This document shows positions 25,820-39,900 of a stretch of 64,000 nucleotides of DNA, piece after piece; positions within the stretch are counted from its first letter, which is position 1; the number at the start of each line of letters is the position of its first letter. Origin of the DNA: Euglena gracilis (taxonomy: Eukaryota); contig CP154954.1 of assembly GCA_039621445.1 (NCBI GenBank), positions 14,743,667 through 14,807,666 of the forward strand, read 5' to 3'. Made by a program: the position numbers and the translations under genes. The notes under the pieces were generated by a model. The model was not told the DNA's origin and searched no databases. It saw nothing but the letters and a program-made list of their open reading frames with translations.

Positions 25820-26000
25820 CAGGGGGGTGTAAAATATGCACCGTGCAGTTTTTGCAGTTTTTTGCAGTTTTCACGTTTTGGGTTTTTTGCAGTTTTTTGC
25901 AGTTTTTTGCAGTTTTTTTTTTCTGAAAAAACTGCACACGTGCAGTTTTTTTGCTTTTTTTTTTGATCCAGTTTTGAAGCAACCTGAGATGTTTATTTTG
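25820..26000 (+). mobile_element. Second copy of the (TTTTTTGCAG)n MITE fragment
   Basis: Shares AAAATATGCACCGTGCAGTTTTTGCAG... with 6834-7030. Confidence 0.65.
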
Positions 26001-28888
26001 TTGTTTTGGTGACAAGTCCACAATTAAACCCCACCCACTTATGGACCCCCCAGGGTTTATAGGATCCGTCCCCTTCCTCGGCGGACGTGGACGTCCTGTC
26101 CGATGGCAGCGATGATGAGCTGGTGGATGGGGTGTCAAAGACTGAGGAGAGAGGGTGACAAAATTGCGCCTCATCCAAAAGACATCTCAATTTGCTGGAC
26201 AGCACGCTCTGCCGTCGTCATTCGAGGTGCATGAGTGGGTGGACCGATGGATGAAAGCAGGTTGGCTTTTTTGCTTTTTTGAACCATTTATGATGCTACT
26301 GTTGGTCACTGTTGGTCATTTTTTTGGGCATTGTTTTGCAATTTCAACAATATTTCAAATTTGAACCTTTTTTTTCAGCCATTTCTTTTGACCTTTTTTT
26401 GATTTTTGCTTGCGGTGGTTGCAGTATGGTGGCATGGAGTGCCGCTCGTGGTGCATTTGCGGCACCATGCGGTGCACGAAACATGTGTCACACGCATTGC
26501 TGAAGCGTCCCCACCGCCAAATATGAAAAAATTCATCTAATTTGTTGTTAGTGAGTGTGAAGCTTTTCTGCCCTGTTCCTTATCCCACTCACCATTCTCT
26601 GATTTCTTGTTGACACTGCAAGTGAATCTTGTGAAGGGAATAAGCCTGCTGGTGTTTGAAACAGTAGTGCTGTATATCTAAAAAGTATTGCTGAATATCG
26701 ATGAATTTAAAATGATGGCATTGTTGATCAGGAAGAGCCTCTGTTACAGGGCGGTGCAGAAAATGTGTCAAGTGTCAAGAAGATGCTGTGAGGAGAATGC
26801 AAAGATAAAAACATGATTGAAAAAAAATGCAGCTATTTGGGTCTCTGTTTTCTTCCATTCTGACGTTCAGAAAGCCAAAAAAAGGAGATGTGGCCAACAA
26901 AACTGAATTTGTCTCACGGTCATGTAGAAAAGCATTTGTTTTGTGCTTGAAGCAGGGATTGTCTTACATACAATATGCCTGTGATTTGTAAACCATCAAG
27001 ACAGTGCTGGTTGAAGCCATTTCTTGGTGGTAATAGAGTGGTAATAGAGTGGGAACACACGGACACCAAGATGGCTTGCTCAGATGGACCAAAAAAACAA
27101 CAAGTTTTGAAGGATGGGTTAATTTGTTTTCAAATTCAATTTGCCAAAATTCTTTGAAAGTTGTTGGAAAAAATGACTCACCGTGGTAAAATGGCAAATT
27201 GGCAAAATGGGCTAAAATTGAACTCTGGGGATAAATCCTTCCTTCAAATCTTTTTTCCAGAAATTATATTCATGAAAATTTGACAGTTGGGTTTGTTGTT
27301 CTTGAAGCTGGAAAAACAGTGCTGGCTGGACTCCCTGGAGGGTGGGGGTCCAGGGCGGTGGGTCTAAATCAGATGCCGGTCTGGACCGGTCTGCACCCGA
27401 AAGGAGACAAAAAAGCCCAAAGCCATCTGCCTTGGGTTTTTTTCCAGCCAGTTTATGGATTTCGGCGGCTGATATTGCCCAAAATTTCTGACGCTCTGTA
27501 AACAGCAGAGGAAGCGGAAATCCGCTTCCAAAAAGGGGCCGTTTTTTTTAAGTTTTTTAAAGGTCCCGATTTCGGCCAATTTCAATGAACGTTTGGTTTG
27601 CAGTAACAAAGTCCTATAAAGTCGAAAATGCACCGGAAATGACCCATTTTTTTTCAAATTGTATGAAAATGAACGAAATCGGTAGGGAAAATACAAAAAC
27701 AAAAGGAGAGTTCAGATCCACACCTGGTTTCTGCTGTCGTCGGCGTGGAAAGAACGCAAAGCCCCCTGCAAAGAGGGGAAAACAGAAAAACTCAGAAACA
27801 GGAAGCGGTAAATATCGCATTGCACTTCAAAAGCTGGAGATGTGCAACGGAAAGTGAACACAAGCAATAATATGTGATGTAATGTGGACAAAACAGATGC
27901 ATATTTTTCGCAAAACAAAAACCACTTTGAAAAACATCTGAAAATTCTAGTGTAAAATGGAACATTGATGTATGACTCCAACCAAACAATATTATTATTA
28001 TTCAAAATATTCTGTGCTTAAAAAGTAGATAGCATGGTACATTCTCATTCTCAGACAAATTCCAAGGCTCTGATGGCCAAAAAATGAACGAGAATGTCAC
28101 AAGCATCATTGTGTGGTTTTAAAGCATGATTGTTTTGTGTTGGCATACCCTCCTTGATTATTTGTTGGCTAGCGCCGACCATGGCTGGAGCACCAAATTC
28201 AGAATGAACAATGGAACTATCAGGAGCCATGTAAGAAACCACATGCACAGTGGCCTGGGGCTGCTGAAGCTATTGCAATCCCATCACCACCAGTTGGCCG
28301 TCCAAGTCGGCAGAACTTTTGCAGATAGTTGGTACGGTGTATTTAGGTGCATTTAATTACATTCGTTTTTTTTTTTATTTTTTATGCCATACAGGGCTCC
28401 TGGTTTGACCCAGTTCGATTGAACCCAATGTGTGTGATTGAGCATTTATGCAACTTTTTGATATGCCGCCGTTGTGTGACGAAAAAAAATGCCTTCCCCC
28501 CTATTTTTGGGTGGTCCTAATAACGTGTCTCGTTCTTGGTTTCTTTGTGTATTTTTGTAGCATTTGGCCGGGCAAGAATTCATTACAACAAAGTGTGAAA
28601 CGTTCCATGAGTCATCCCCATTTTATTGTTCCAAAAAAGCAAGGGCTCTTCAAGGACAATGGGACATCCCCACCGACAGCTGTTTTCATGTCCGTCAGCC
28701 CCGGGCTTCATTCCCTGCCTGATGTTTCCCATTGCAGTGCAGGGTTCTCCTGTAATGTAACAGAGTGGTTATGAGGATATCCCTCTCTCCCTCTCTCTCT
28801 CTCTCTCTTTCTCCCTCCTTTCTCGTTGTGTGTGTGTGTGTGGTATATGTGTGAACAATAAATAGTTTGGGCGTCCAAAGTCGGGGGA

Positions 28889-29108
28889 CAGGGGGCGCAC
28901 ACTTTGGGAGGTTCATTATTTGATCAAAAAAAAGTCGAAAATATTGATTATCCGCACCTTTTGATATTAATTTCATTTTTTTCGATATTTCCGCATATTT
29001 GTTGGTCCAGTAAAATTTTCCAAAATATGTTTGTTGTCTTATATGTTTTTTTGTTTTTTTTGAAGAAGGTTGATGTTTTCCCCGTTTTTTTTTTGTTTTG
29101 CTTCCCTG
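28889..29108. mobile_element. Decayed hAT-like MITE
   Basis: CAGGG...CCCTG ends; flanks TCGGGGGA / TCAGGGGT (6 of 8). Confidence 0.5.
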
Positions 29109-30789
29109 TCAGGGGTGTGGGGGAATAAAATTTGGCAAACAAAGTCCCTGGCCAGGGTCCATTATTTGGGGATATTTGGAAGGGGCGGGCATGGTGGTGA
29201 TGAATGGTGAAGTTAATTCATAATTATGTGGCAGGGTGAAGTTTGTGCCCCCCAAGGTGGTCTCAGGTTTATTGAAGGATAGTGTTACGGTTGCAATTTT
29301 CAGGTCTAAGAGTTCTTTGTATATTTCTGGACAGCAGCCTTTTATAACAGTTCTGTATGAATTGCACAGAATGTTTATTCTCGAAAGGGCAGGGGATTGG
29401 TTAGGAACAGGTTTAGGGTCCCCCCCCCCCGTTGGCATTCTTCCCTCCTAGATTTGCTCGATGTCAGACTGTTTGAGTTCTTGCCAAGAGTGTTGGGACA
29501 ATAATACTTCATAATATTAATAGCAATTGTCTTGTGTCAGAAGCAGGCGGTTATTCCAGACAGTGGGAGCAGAATGACCCTGTCCTCGCCTTGCACACCC
29601 CACTCCCTCCAGCCCCGCAAGCTCAGACAGCAGTGTTGGGACCCACGGTCCATTCGGCAGGAGCCCTCCACTCACCCCAGTGGTGACCGCACCACCCATG
29701 CCTCCACGGTGGTCGTGCCGCTCCATCGATTGCCTCCGACTCCGCCATATCATGAAAACCACACAACTGCCGATACTGGAATTGTTGAAGAAATGGAAGT
29801 GAATCTTAATTTGAGAAATAGAAAGGCAATGGAGAAATAACTGGTTTTCTCTTACGCTTCCGGGAGCATACAGTAATGTGTAGTGCGCAGATGTTTTATA
29901 TTAAAATTTTTATAATAATATTTTCATATCAATTAGTTATTTACAATATTGTTGGAGGAGTGAATTTGTCAAGGACCGTTTTCAGTCAAGGTCAAACCTT
30001 GCCTTCTTTGCTTGCGTACTGACAAGTTTTTTTCAGCTTTTTTTGAATATTTTTTTCAGGCTCTCAATCAGGTCTCAGGCTTTGTTACGACAGTGCAATT
30101 GTGTGTGCCAAACAGATGCGACTGCCGAATTGTATGCCACGCCACAGATAGCCCCCCTTCTGGAGATTCCCCCCCATTTCACAGCAGAACCCTCTGACGA
30201 GGGCTGCCCCACGGAATTACAAAAACACCAGGTTTGCTTCTGCAGCAATGGTGTCCTGAATCGTACAGTGTCCCCTGGGAATCTATCCGGCCCCCCCCCC
30301 CTCTCTCTCTCTCTCTATGTGTGTGTGTGCCTGCGCGCAGAAGTATTTCTTTCATTTGTTGGGATTCCCAAAGTTATCCTTAGGCAGCCCTGAATTAAAG
30401 ATGTTATTTTATTGCTGCCCTGAAACGCTTTTTCGATCTCTTTGTGTCACGTTGCTGAATTTCTTTTCATATTTGACGGTGGGTGGAAAACCCACACTCA
30501 AATGGTGTCTTTTGTTGTCATTGCTTTCATTCTCTCGCATATTCCGTTAGCAGAGTATATTCAACACTAGCATTTCATTCCCCCCCTCTGTCACCCGCAT
30601 GTCGTACGACCCTGGACTTTGGACTGCAAACCACTGTCGTTAACGTTGGATGTGGTGGTGGGAAGGATTTGAACCGCCTTTTGTGCAAATAAGAAGTTGA
30701 AGTTTTTTTGTTTCTTTCAAATTGATTATTTTTTTTAAAGGATGATGGGATGCAGACTGTCGGATAACAAGGTGTGAATGGAGCAATTG

Positions 30790-32654
30790 CAGGATGGACA
30801 AGCGAAGCGGCCTGCCGCTGATAGCCAGTCTCCACCTGCTCCCCATGGCCTCGGTACCCATGCCAGGCTTCTGCCAACCACAACCCTTTCTTTCGTTCAT
30901 GACCCCTATTCTTTCAACTGTCCCTGGTTTGATGCCAAGGAAATTCTTCAATAAGAAAATTATTAATGCCAAGTAACTGTCAATATTTCTTGCATTTGAG
31001 GAAATAATGAGAATCATGTTTGTAAACTCGGTTCTATTGTGGCCCAGCCACCCACAACCCCCACCCCAAAAGAAGTTTGGCCAGCTCTTTTCCATTCTTT
31101 TCCATTTTTTTTTACCCCCAGTTGCATGGTCGTCAGGACGTTTGTTCTTTTAATGTATGTTGAAATTGGTATGCCGTTATGCACGTTCCTTTGCCTGCTG
31201 TTTAGCGACAGCTCTTCGCAGTTTTTTTTTGTTTTTTTTCTCAAACAGGAAGTCGATTCATTCAGTATTATTTTCAGGCTTGCTAGGAAAACAATTTTCA
31301 AAAAATTTATCACATTGATTCCAGGGACTGCGCCAACGGACCCCGTGCCATATGCTGACGACACATCCCAGCATCTTCCTCTCGGCCTGAGAATGGAACG
31401 CGAAGTGAAATTTCTGTGTTATCCGAAAGTTTTGTCGCGAAAGACATTGGCTGGGTGATGTATAATTCAATAAGGGATGATCAAAAAAATCGGATAATAA
31501 TGTGCCACTAAAGTTGTGATTGTACACTTGACCCACAACCGCCTTGGGCAACATTTCGACCTCATTGTGCAATGTGACCCCCAAGGATGTGTATTTGGTT
31601 TTTGGCCCAAAGGTTTTGGGGTTCAGCAAAAGGCGTTAAAATGATCCGGTAAAAATTTGGCCATTTTTTTCGTTTTTTTTTTATATTTAATTAATTGGAG
31701 TGCTTAGACCCAGAGTGACCGACCCCCTGGAGGGATGACTGATTCCTTTCTCTAAAACACAAGTGACAGACTCGTTGTTGAAAAAAGAGGACGTAACACC
31801 CCCAGGTCCGGTCTTAGGCGGCGCAACGGAATTTTATTTTGCAGTTATGTGCAAACGTTCACAGCGTTTTTCTGCTAAAATCACTTCCCGCATCTGGGAA
31901 AACGCGATACCCGCTTTAACACTGCAAAAACTGACGCCCCCACTAGCCTTAGTGGGGGCGGGGGTGTGGGGGGGGGTTGTTGGGAGGAGTTGGGGGGGGG
32001 GAGGCGGATGTGGTGAGAAACCCGAAATAAATTTTCTCTGTTCCTGTGTGTTTTTTCGGAATCGCTGTGAAATGTGCTTTTTTGGGGTGGTCATTTTTGG
32101 GGTCAAAAAACAATAAAAAAATATTTGCACATCAGAGTCCAAAATTGGCATTTTGACTGTTCTGCTGGTCAACTTGTTTCAGGTTTGTGAATGGGAACAG
32201 TGTGCAATGTGCGACGAGGAACGGTTGTATGCAAATGCAATACTGATTTTTTCATCATTTTCACAGTTTATGTAAACCGACATGAAAATGATCGGCCTTC
32301 AGAGATTATGTTCCCACCCGTATGTGTTTCATTTCGGCTTTTCGGCTTTTTGCCATGTTTCTCACATTTTGCTTTTTCGCCGTTTTTCCGAAAGAAAAAA
32401 AAAGATGTTTCGCCGTTTTCACCGATGGCGAAGTGAATTTTTCGCCGTTTTGACGAATAGCCATTCTGAAAAAAATCGGATTCTGATGGGTGGGAATTCA
32501 AGTCATACAAAATTGCGCATGGTGTGGAGACAAATTTTTTGTCACAGTACGTAACCTACCGAACAGGATGCATTATCTGAGACCAGAATTTCTTCATTAT
32601 GCAATAGTTTGCAATAATCCAGCATTCACAGTGGTTGGTGTGCAAATGTGCGCG
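30790..32654. repeat. Start of a third copy of the giant unit, cut by the assembly gap
   Basis: 30790-32110 matches 37540-38700, and 32165-32640 matches 250-520 in direct orientation (e.g. GTTTATGTAAACCGACATGAAAA and ACCTACCGAACAGGATGCA). Confidence 0.75.
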
Positions 32655-32667
32655 NNNNNNNNNNNNN
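32655..32667. other. Assembly gap (13 N)
   Basis: Run of N directly followed by (CT)n. Confidence 1.
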
Positions 32668-32683
32668 CTCTCTCTCTCTCTCT

Positions 32684-35314
<2,631 letters not shown>

Positions 35315-36039
35315 TTTATGGGGGAACTCCTTTGGGGGGAACTCCTTGACGGCCCGAGAGTGTGTGCTTGTGGGGGGAAGTGTGTTGTCAGTCGGTGTGG
35401 GCGCGTGTGTTGTCAGTCTGTGTTGCGGTTTCGCCCCACGCTGGCGGGTGTGGCATCGTTAAAGGTGACGACCCTGCCAAACCTCGTCCCCGACCGCTCT
35501 TGTCTGTGTGGAACGCTAAAAACGAGCTCTCCCAGTCACCCTCCCGGTGGGGGGGGGGGCTAAAAAAATCCGAAAACAAGGCAGCATGGGACGGGAAAAT
35601 GTCTCCACTACCTGTGGGGCACCCTCCGGGACAGCACCCGGGAAAGCCAGTCAAGGCCCTTTCGGCGCGGAGAAAGGCAAAAATTGCCGAAAAATACGGA
35701 TGGCACCTGAAGGCCTGCGGCGCAAGTACCCAATTCTAAGCCGCTGATACTGGGGTCGCAGCACTGGGAGAGGGGGTGGCCTGAGCCGCAGTTGCTCAGC
35801 GGAATTGCCGAGGGTTTAACCCACAAAATGGGGCGCTGGGGCGAGGCATAGGGGTGCGAAAAAGCAACCACGCCATATGCAATTATGGGGAAAATGCCGT
35901 TAATATTTCTATTTATATATATATATCTCTCTCTGCGTGTGTGTGTGCGCGCGCGTGCGGGTGTATTTTGGACCCATTTTGGGACCCATGTAGGAGGTCC
36001 CCCCCCCCAAAAAAACCCCATTTTTTCACCCCTTCCAAG

Positions 36040-36994
36040 CAGGGGTTTTCTCAAGACGGAGGACACCTATCCCCTGGGGGGGTCAAGCCAGCCAGCAGCA
36101 AAAATTCGGGCTGGGAGCCCCCTCCCGGGGGGTTGAGTGAAATTAAGTCAGGTCCAGCTCCAACTCCCCAGCCCAGGGTTTGATATAAGGAGGGCGTACA
36201 TGGTTTAGGTGGGGAGGGTGTCCCCCCCCCCCCCCCCCCCTCCTGGCCCGCAGGGGGGGTCCGGACCCCCCCCACCTGCCAGGGGGGTCCGGACCGACCC
36301 CGGGACCCCCCCCAAAAAGGGTCAATTTTTTCCTCCGGCGCTTTGCGCCGAAAATTTTTTGCATTTTTCGCACATTTTTGCCCAAAAAGTGCGCAAAATG
36401 GCACTTTTGGTCGTTTTGGGGGGTCAAAAATTTTCGGTAACCCAGACCGCGCAACTGTTTAGGTGGGGGGGGTGTCCCCCCACCCCCCCCCTCCTGGCCC
36501 GCAGGGGGGGGGGTCCGGACCCCCCCCCACCTGCCCTTATGTCGAACCCTGCCCCAGCCTTGATCTCGCTCCATCCACCAAAATGTCGAAAATTGCAAAA
36601 AAATTTTAGAAAATTTTTGTTTTTCACCGATCCAGCCCAGCCCAGTCCCCTCCAGCCCCGGACCCTCCCCTCTCCCCCGGGCCAGCCGGCCGAAGGCCGG
36701 CCAGCCGGTCGCAGGGTGTCCAGGCAACTGGGCTGTCCAGCCCACCTTTCCCTGCATTTTTCCCCCTCATTGCAGCTTCCTCCATCACAGCCCCCAGCCT
36801 TGACCTAGCTCCATCCATCAAAATGTCGAGAAGGCGAAAATGTCTTGGAAAATTTTGTTTTTCACCGACCCAGCCCAGCCCAGCCCCCTCCAGCCCCGGA
36901 CCCTCCCCCTATACCCCCGGGGGGGTCCAGCCAGCAGCTCATTTCCAGCCGCAGGCTGGACCCCCGGGGGGGGGGGTCTTTAAGAAAACCCCTG
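36040..36994. mobile_element. hAT-like MITE with perfect 8-bp TSD CTTCCAAG
   Basis: TIRs CAGGGGTTTTCTCAAGAC / GTCTTTAAGAAAACCCCTG; TSD at 36032-36039 and 36995-37002; empty site CTTCCAAA at ~46048. A solo end of this family is at ~7789-7840. Confidence 0.93.
36174..36551. mobile_element. Nested hAT-like MITE with perfect 8-bp TSD CCCCAGCC
   Basis: TIRs CAGGGTTTGATATAAGG / CCTTATGTCGAACCCTG; TSD at 36166-36173 and 36552-36559. Confidence 0.93.
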
Positions 36995-39900
36995 CTTCCA
37001 AGTTTTTAACATTTTACAAAATTTCCAAGAGAAAAGAATCTCAGTAAAGTTTTATTGTGCCAAAACTTGGTCCAATTTTCTTTGACCTTCGTTTTTTTTT
37101 TTACCCCCTCCTAAAAACTACCAATTTTTAGTCATCAAAATTTTGAGATTATTTTATACAAAAAATGTGGTTTTCCATCAAAAAAATTATGTATTTTGGG
37201 TTCATTTTTCAGAAAAAAGTTTTCAAGAATTTTCCCCGGCTAAAACCCCCGTTTTCCCAAAATTGGTGAAAATGCTGTTGTGGGTTGGTGGGCGGTCGAC
37301 CCCCCCCCACCTCCCGGGTGGGGGTGGTCGATCCCCCCGACCAGGCCTTCCTGTTCTGCCCTGCACCTGAGGAGGGCTGGTTGCTGGTTAGCTGGCTGGA
37401 CCCCCCCCCCCCCCCCCAGAGCAACGGCCTCTCCGGCTTAAGAAAACCCTTGCATATGGCACTGCTCGTATGGCGCTGCATTCGTTTTGTTTGACCAGTT
37501 GTAGTTGGTCCGTTTACAATTTCGGTGCCGTTCCACCCAGCAGGATGGACAGCGAAGCGGCTTGCTGCTGATAGCCAGACTCCCTATGCCATGCCTCTCG
37601 CGACTCTTTCCTTTGTTCATGACCCCTTTTCTTTCGAGTGTCCTTGGTTTTATGCCAAGAAAACTCTCTAATTTCTTTACAGAGGAGTCTTGGAATCACG
37701 GTCCGCTCGTTGTTTTTCTGTTTTGCGCTTTGGATTTGCCGTCTTCCAGCATCCCCCCCAACCAGCAGTTTCTTATTTTTGGCTTGCTGGACCCCCTGGG
37801 TCTGAAACAGCTGGAGAATTAGCGCCGGGTTCTGTAACGTCTTGGTGTATTTGACAAAACAATGAGAAATATGTTTGTAAAAGCGGTTTCATTGTGGCAC
37901 ACCCGTCCATGACCCCCACTCAAGAGAAGTTTGGCCAGCTCTTTTGCATTTCTAAGATTTTTTTTTACAGCCAGTTGCATGTTAGGGCATTTCTTCTGTA
38001 TGCATATGTTGTAAATGTTATGCCGTTGTGTACGTCATTCCTTTGCAAGCTGTTTAGCATCTGCTCTTTGCAGTTTCCTTTACTTTTTCTCAAATAAAAA
38101 TGAGTTTGAATTTAATGTCTTCAATGTATAATTTTTCGGTTCGCTAGGAGACCAATTTGCAAAAAAAATTTCATATTGATCCCAGGGACTGCGCCAACGG
38201 ACCTCGTGCCATATGCTGACGACACATCCCAGCATCTTCCTCTCGGCCTGAGGATGGTACGCAAAGTAAAAACCCTTGTTTTGTCAGAAAGCTTTTGTCA
38301 CCAAAGACATAACGTATCATTTAATAATACGTAATCAAAAGAGATTGGGCTATGGATAATTTGAGGTTGTACATATACACCTACATATACACCGGGGTCT
38401 GTCTCGGTCTTGGGTGACGCAACTCGCAGATAAGGAATTTCCTTTTGTCGGTTCGAATGCTCGCAACATTTTTTTCCACAAAAGTCGGACCCCGCATCTG
38501 GGAAAAGCTGAAAAACTGCTTGTTTCGCGCCTCACGAACCCGTAGCAATTGCAAAAATTGGCGCACTCACTAGCCTTAGTGGGGGGGGGGGGGGGGGGGG
38601 GCGTAAACCGAAAAACATTTTCCTTGTTCCTGTGGGTATTTTCGGAATCGCTGTGAAATGTTCTTTCTGTATTTGGGTCATTTATAGAGTCAAAAAAAGC
38701 GGCAAAAAATTCTTGGCAGCCCCCTGGCACGTTGTCCTCTACGACCGGGTCGTCAGAGTTGGGGGGGCAGACATGCTTCTGGTCCATGGAAAACTAGCAT
38801 CATCACAAATGTAATCACAAGAGCAACAAAGGCTGGTAATTTGGACACAGAGAATGTTTAATTGAAAGAACATCTGGCTTTCGTTGTTTTTTTGGAGAAA
38901 CAAATCATCAACCATTGTGAATTATTACAAGCTGTTGCAAAATGAAGAAATTTCTTTCTCATGTAGTGCATCCTGTTCGGTAGGTTACGTCTTGTGACAG
39001 AAAGTTTGTCTCCGCTCCATGTGCAGTCTTATATGTTTTATTTCCTACCGCAAATTGTTTTCATGTTGGTTTACATAAACTGTGAAAATGATGTAAAAAC
39101 AGAAGTGTATTTTCATGCAACCGTTGTTTGTCGCACATTGCACACAAGGTTGCTGTGACATTTCATGAGGAGAACAAAAAAAAACAGGCAGGATATTTTC
39201 CACAGCTTTCAGCTGAAGGGATGTGTTGTGCGTTACACTGACTATGTGCACATTTGCGCACACCAACCATTTGTGTTTTTTGTGCAAAATGTTCGGTGTG
39301 TGCATTGGCGCACATCGATCACCTGTGCATTTATGCCAAATGATATGTGTGTGCATTTGCACACATCGACAAATTTGTGTATTTTTTACTTGCAAAATAC
39401 ACAAAATGGTCGATGTGCCCAATTTTGCACGCCAACCTTCAGTTCACAAGTAAGACCTGAAAATTTGACATACGCACATTTCGGTCCATTAAAAGCGGAT
39501 ATGTATTTTTCATGCCACAACCATTAATGTATTCCAGCTGCACATCACGACGTCCAACTCATGCGAACCCATCGGCATGAAACCTGTGTGCACCGCCTGG
39601 GCGGTGTGGCAGGGGTGTGGGGGGGTGTGGGGAGTGGTGTGGGGGGGGTTTGGGGGTGTGGGGGCTATTTGCTACCGGGGGCGCCAATTTTTGCAGTACC
39701 TCCGTTTTGCATCACGGAGGTTTCTGATTGTCCTGCGAAATACGTGCGGAGCAGTTCATTCGTGTCCTTGTCTGTGAAACGGGCAGTTAGCACATACCGG
39801 CTGGTATCACCTTTGGGGTCCACCCCCTCCCTTCCACTGACGCGCATGCGCCATTTCCCTCAAGGGTGATGGCAAAAATGGGTGAAATTTTGTCGGAGTC

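Larger units (their letters stand above)
1..30500. repeat. Giant degenerate repeat unit, copy A (left end outside window, right end approximate)
   Basis: Blocks match copy B in the same order: 1700-3100+5895-6750 ~ 40200-42400; 7950-8390 ~ 42800-43230; 8490-8535 ~ 46520-46590; 10075-12810 ~ 48740-53680; 22220-22600 ~ 58930-59400; 24665-25270 ~ 60970-61985; 26270-27480 ~ 62310-63600. The stretch 27.5-30.5 kb has no partner inside the window. Confidence 0.8.
35966..37363. mobile_element. Left-truncated CAGGGCAGAAC-family MITE hosting two nested MITEs
   Basis: After removing 36040-37002 it matches 45985-46469; ends in GTTCTGCCCTG. Confidence 0.75.

Noticed and set aside
29109-29520. 109-aa minus-strand ORF as a retrotransposon fragment
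   Set aside because: No RT, endonuclease or RNase H motif recognised.
32311-32496. Small insertion with TTCCCACCC/GGGTGGGAA ends
   Set aside because: Probably an old MITE, but the TIR is only 9 bp and there is no TSD.
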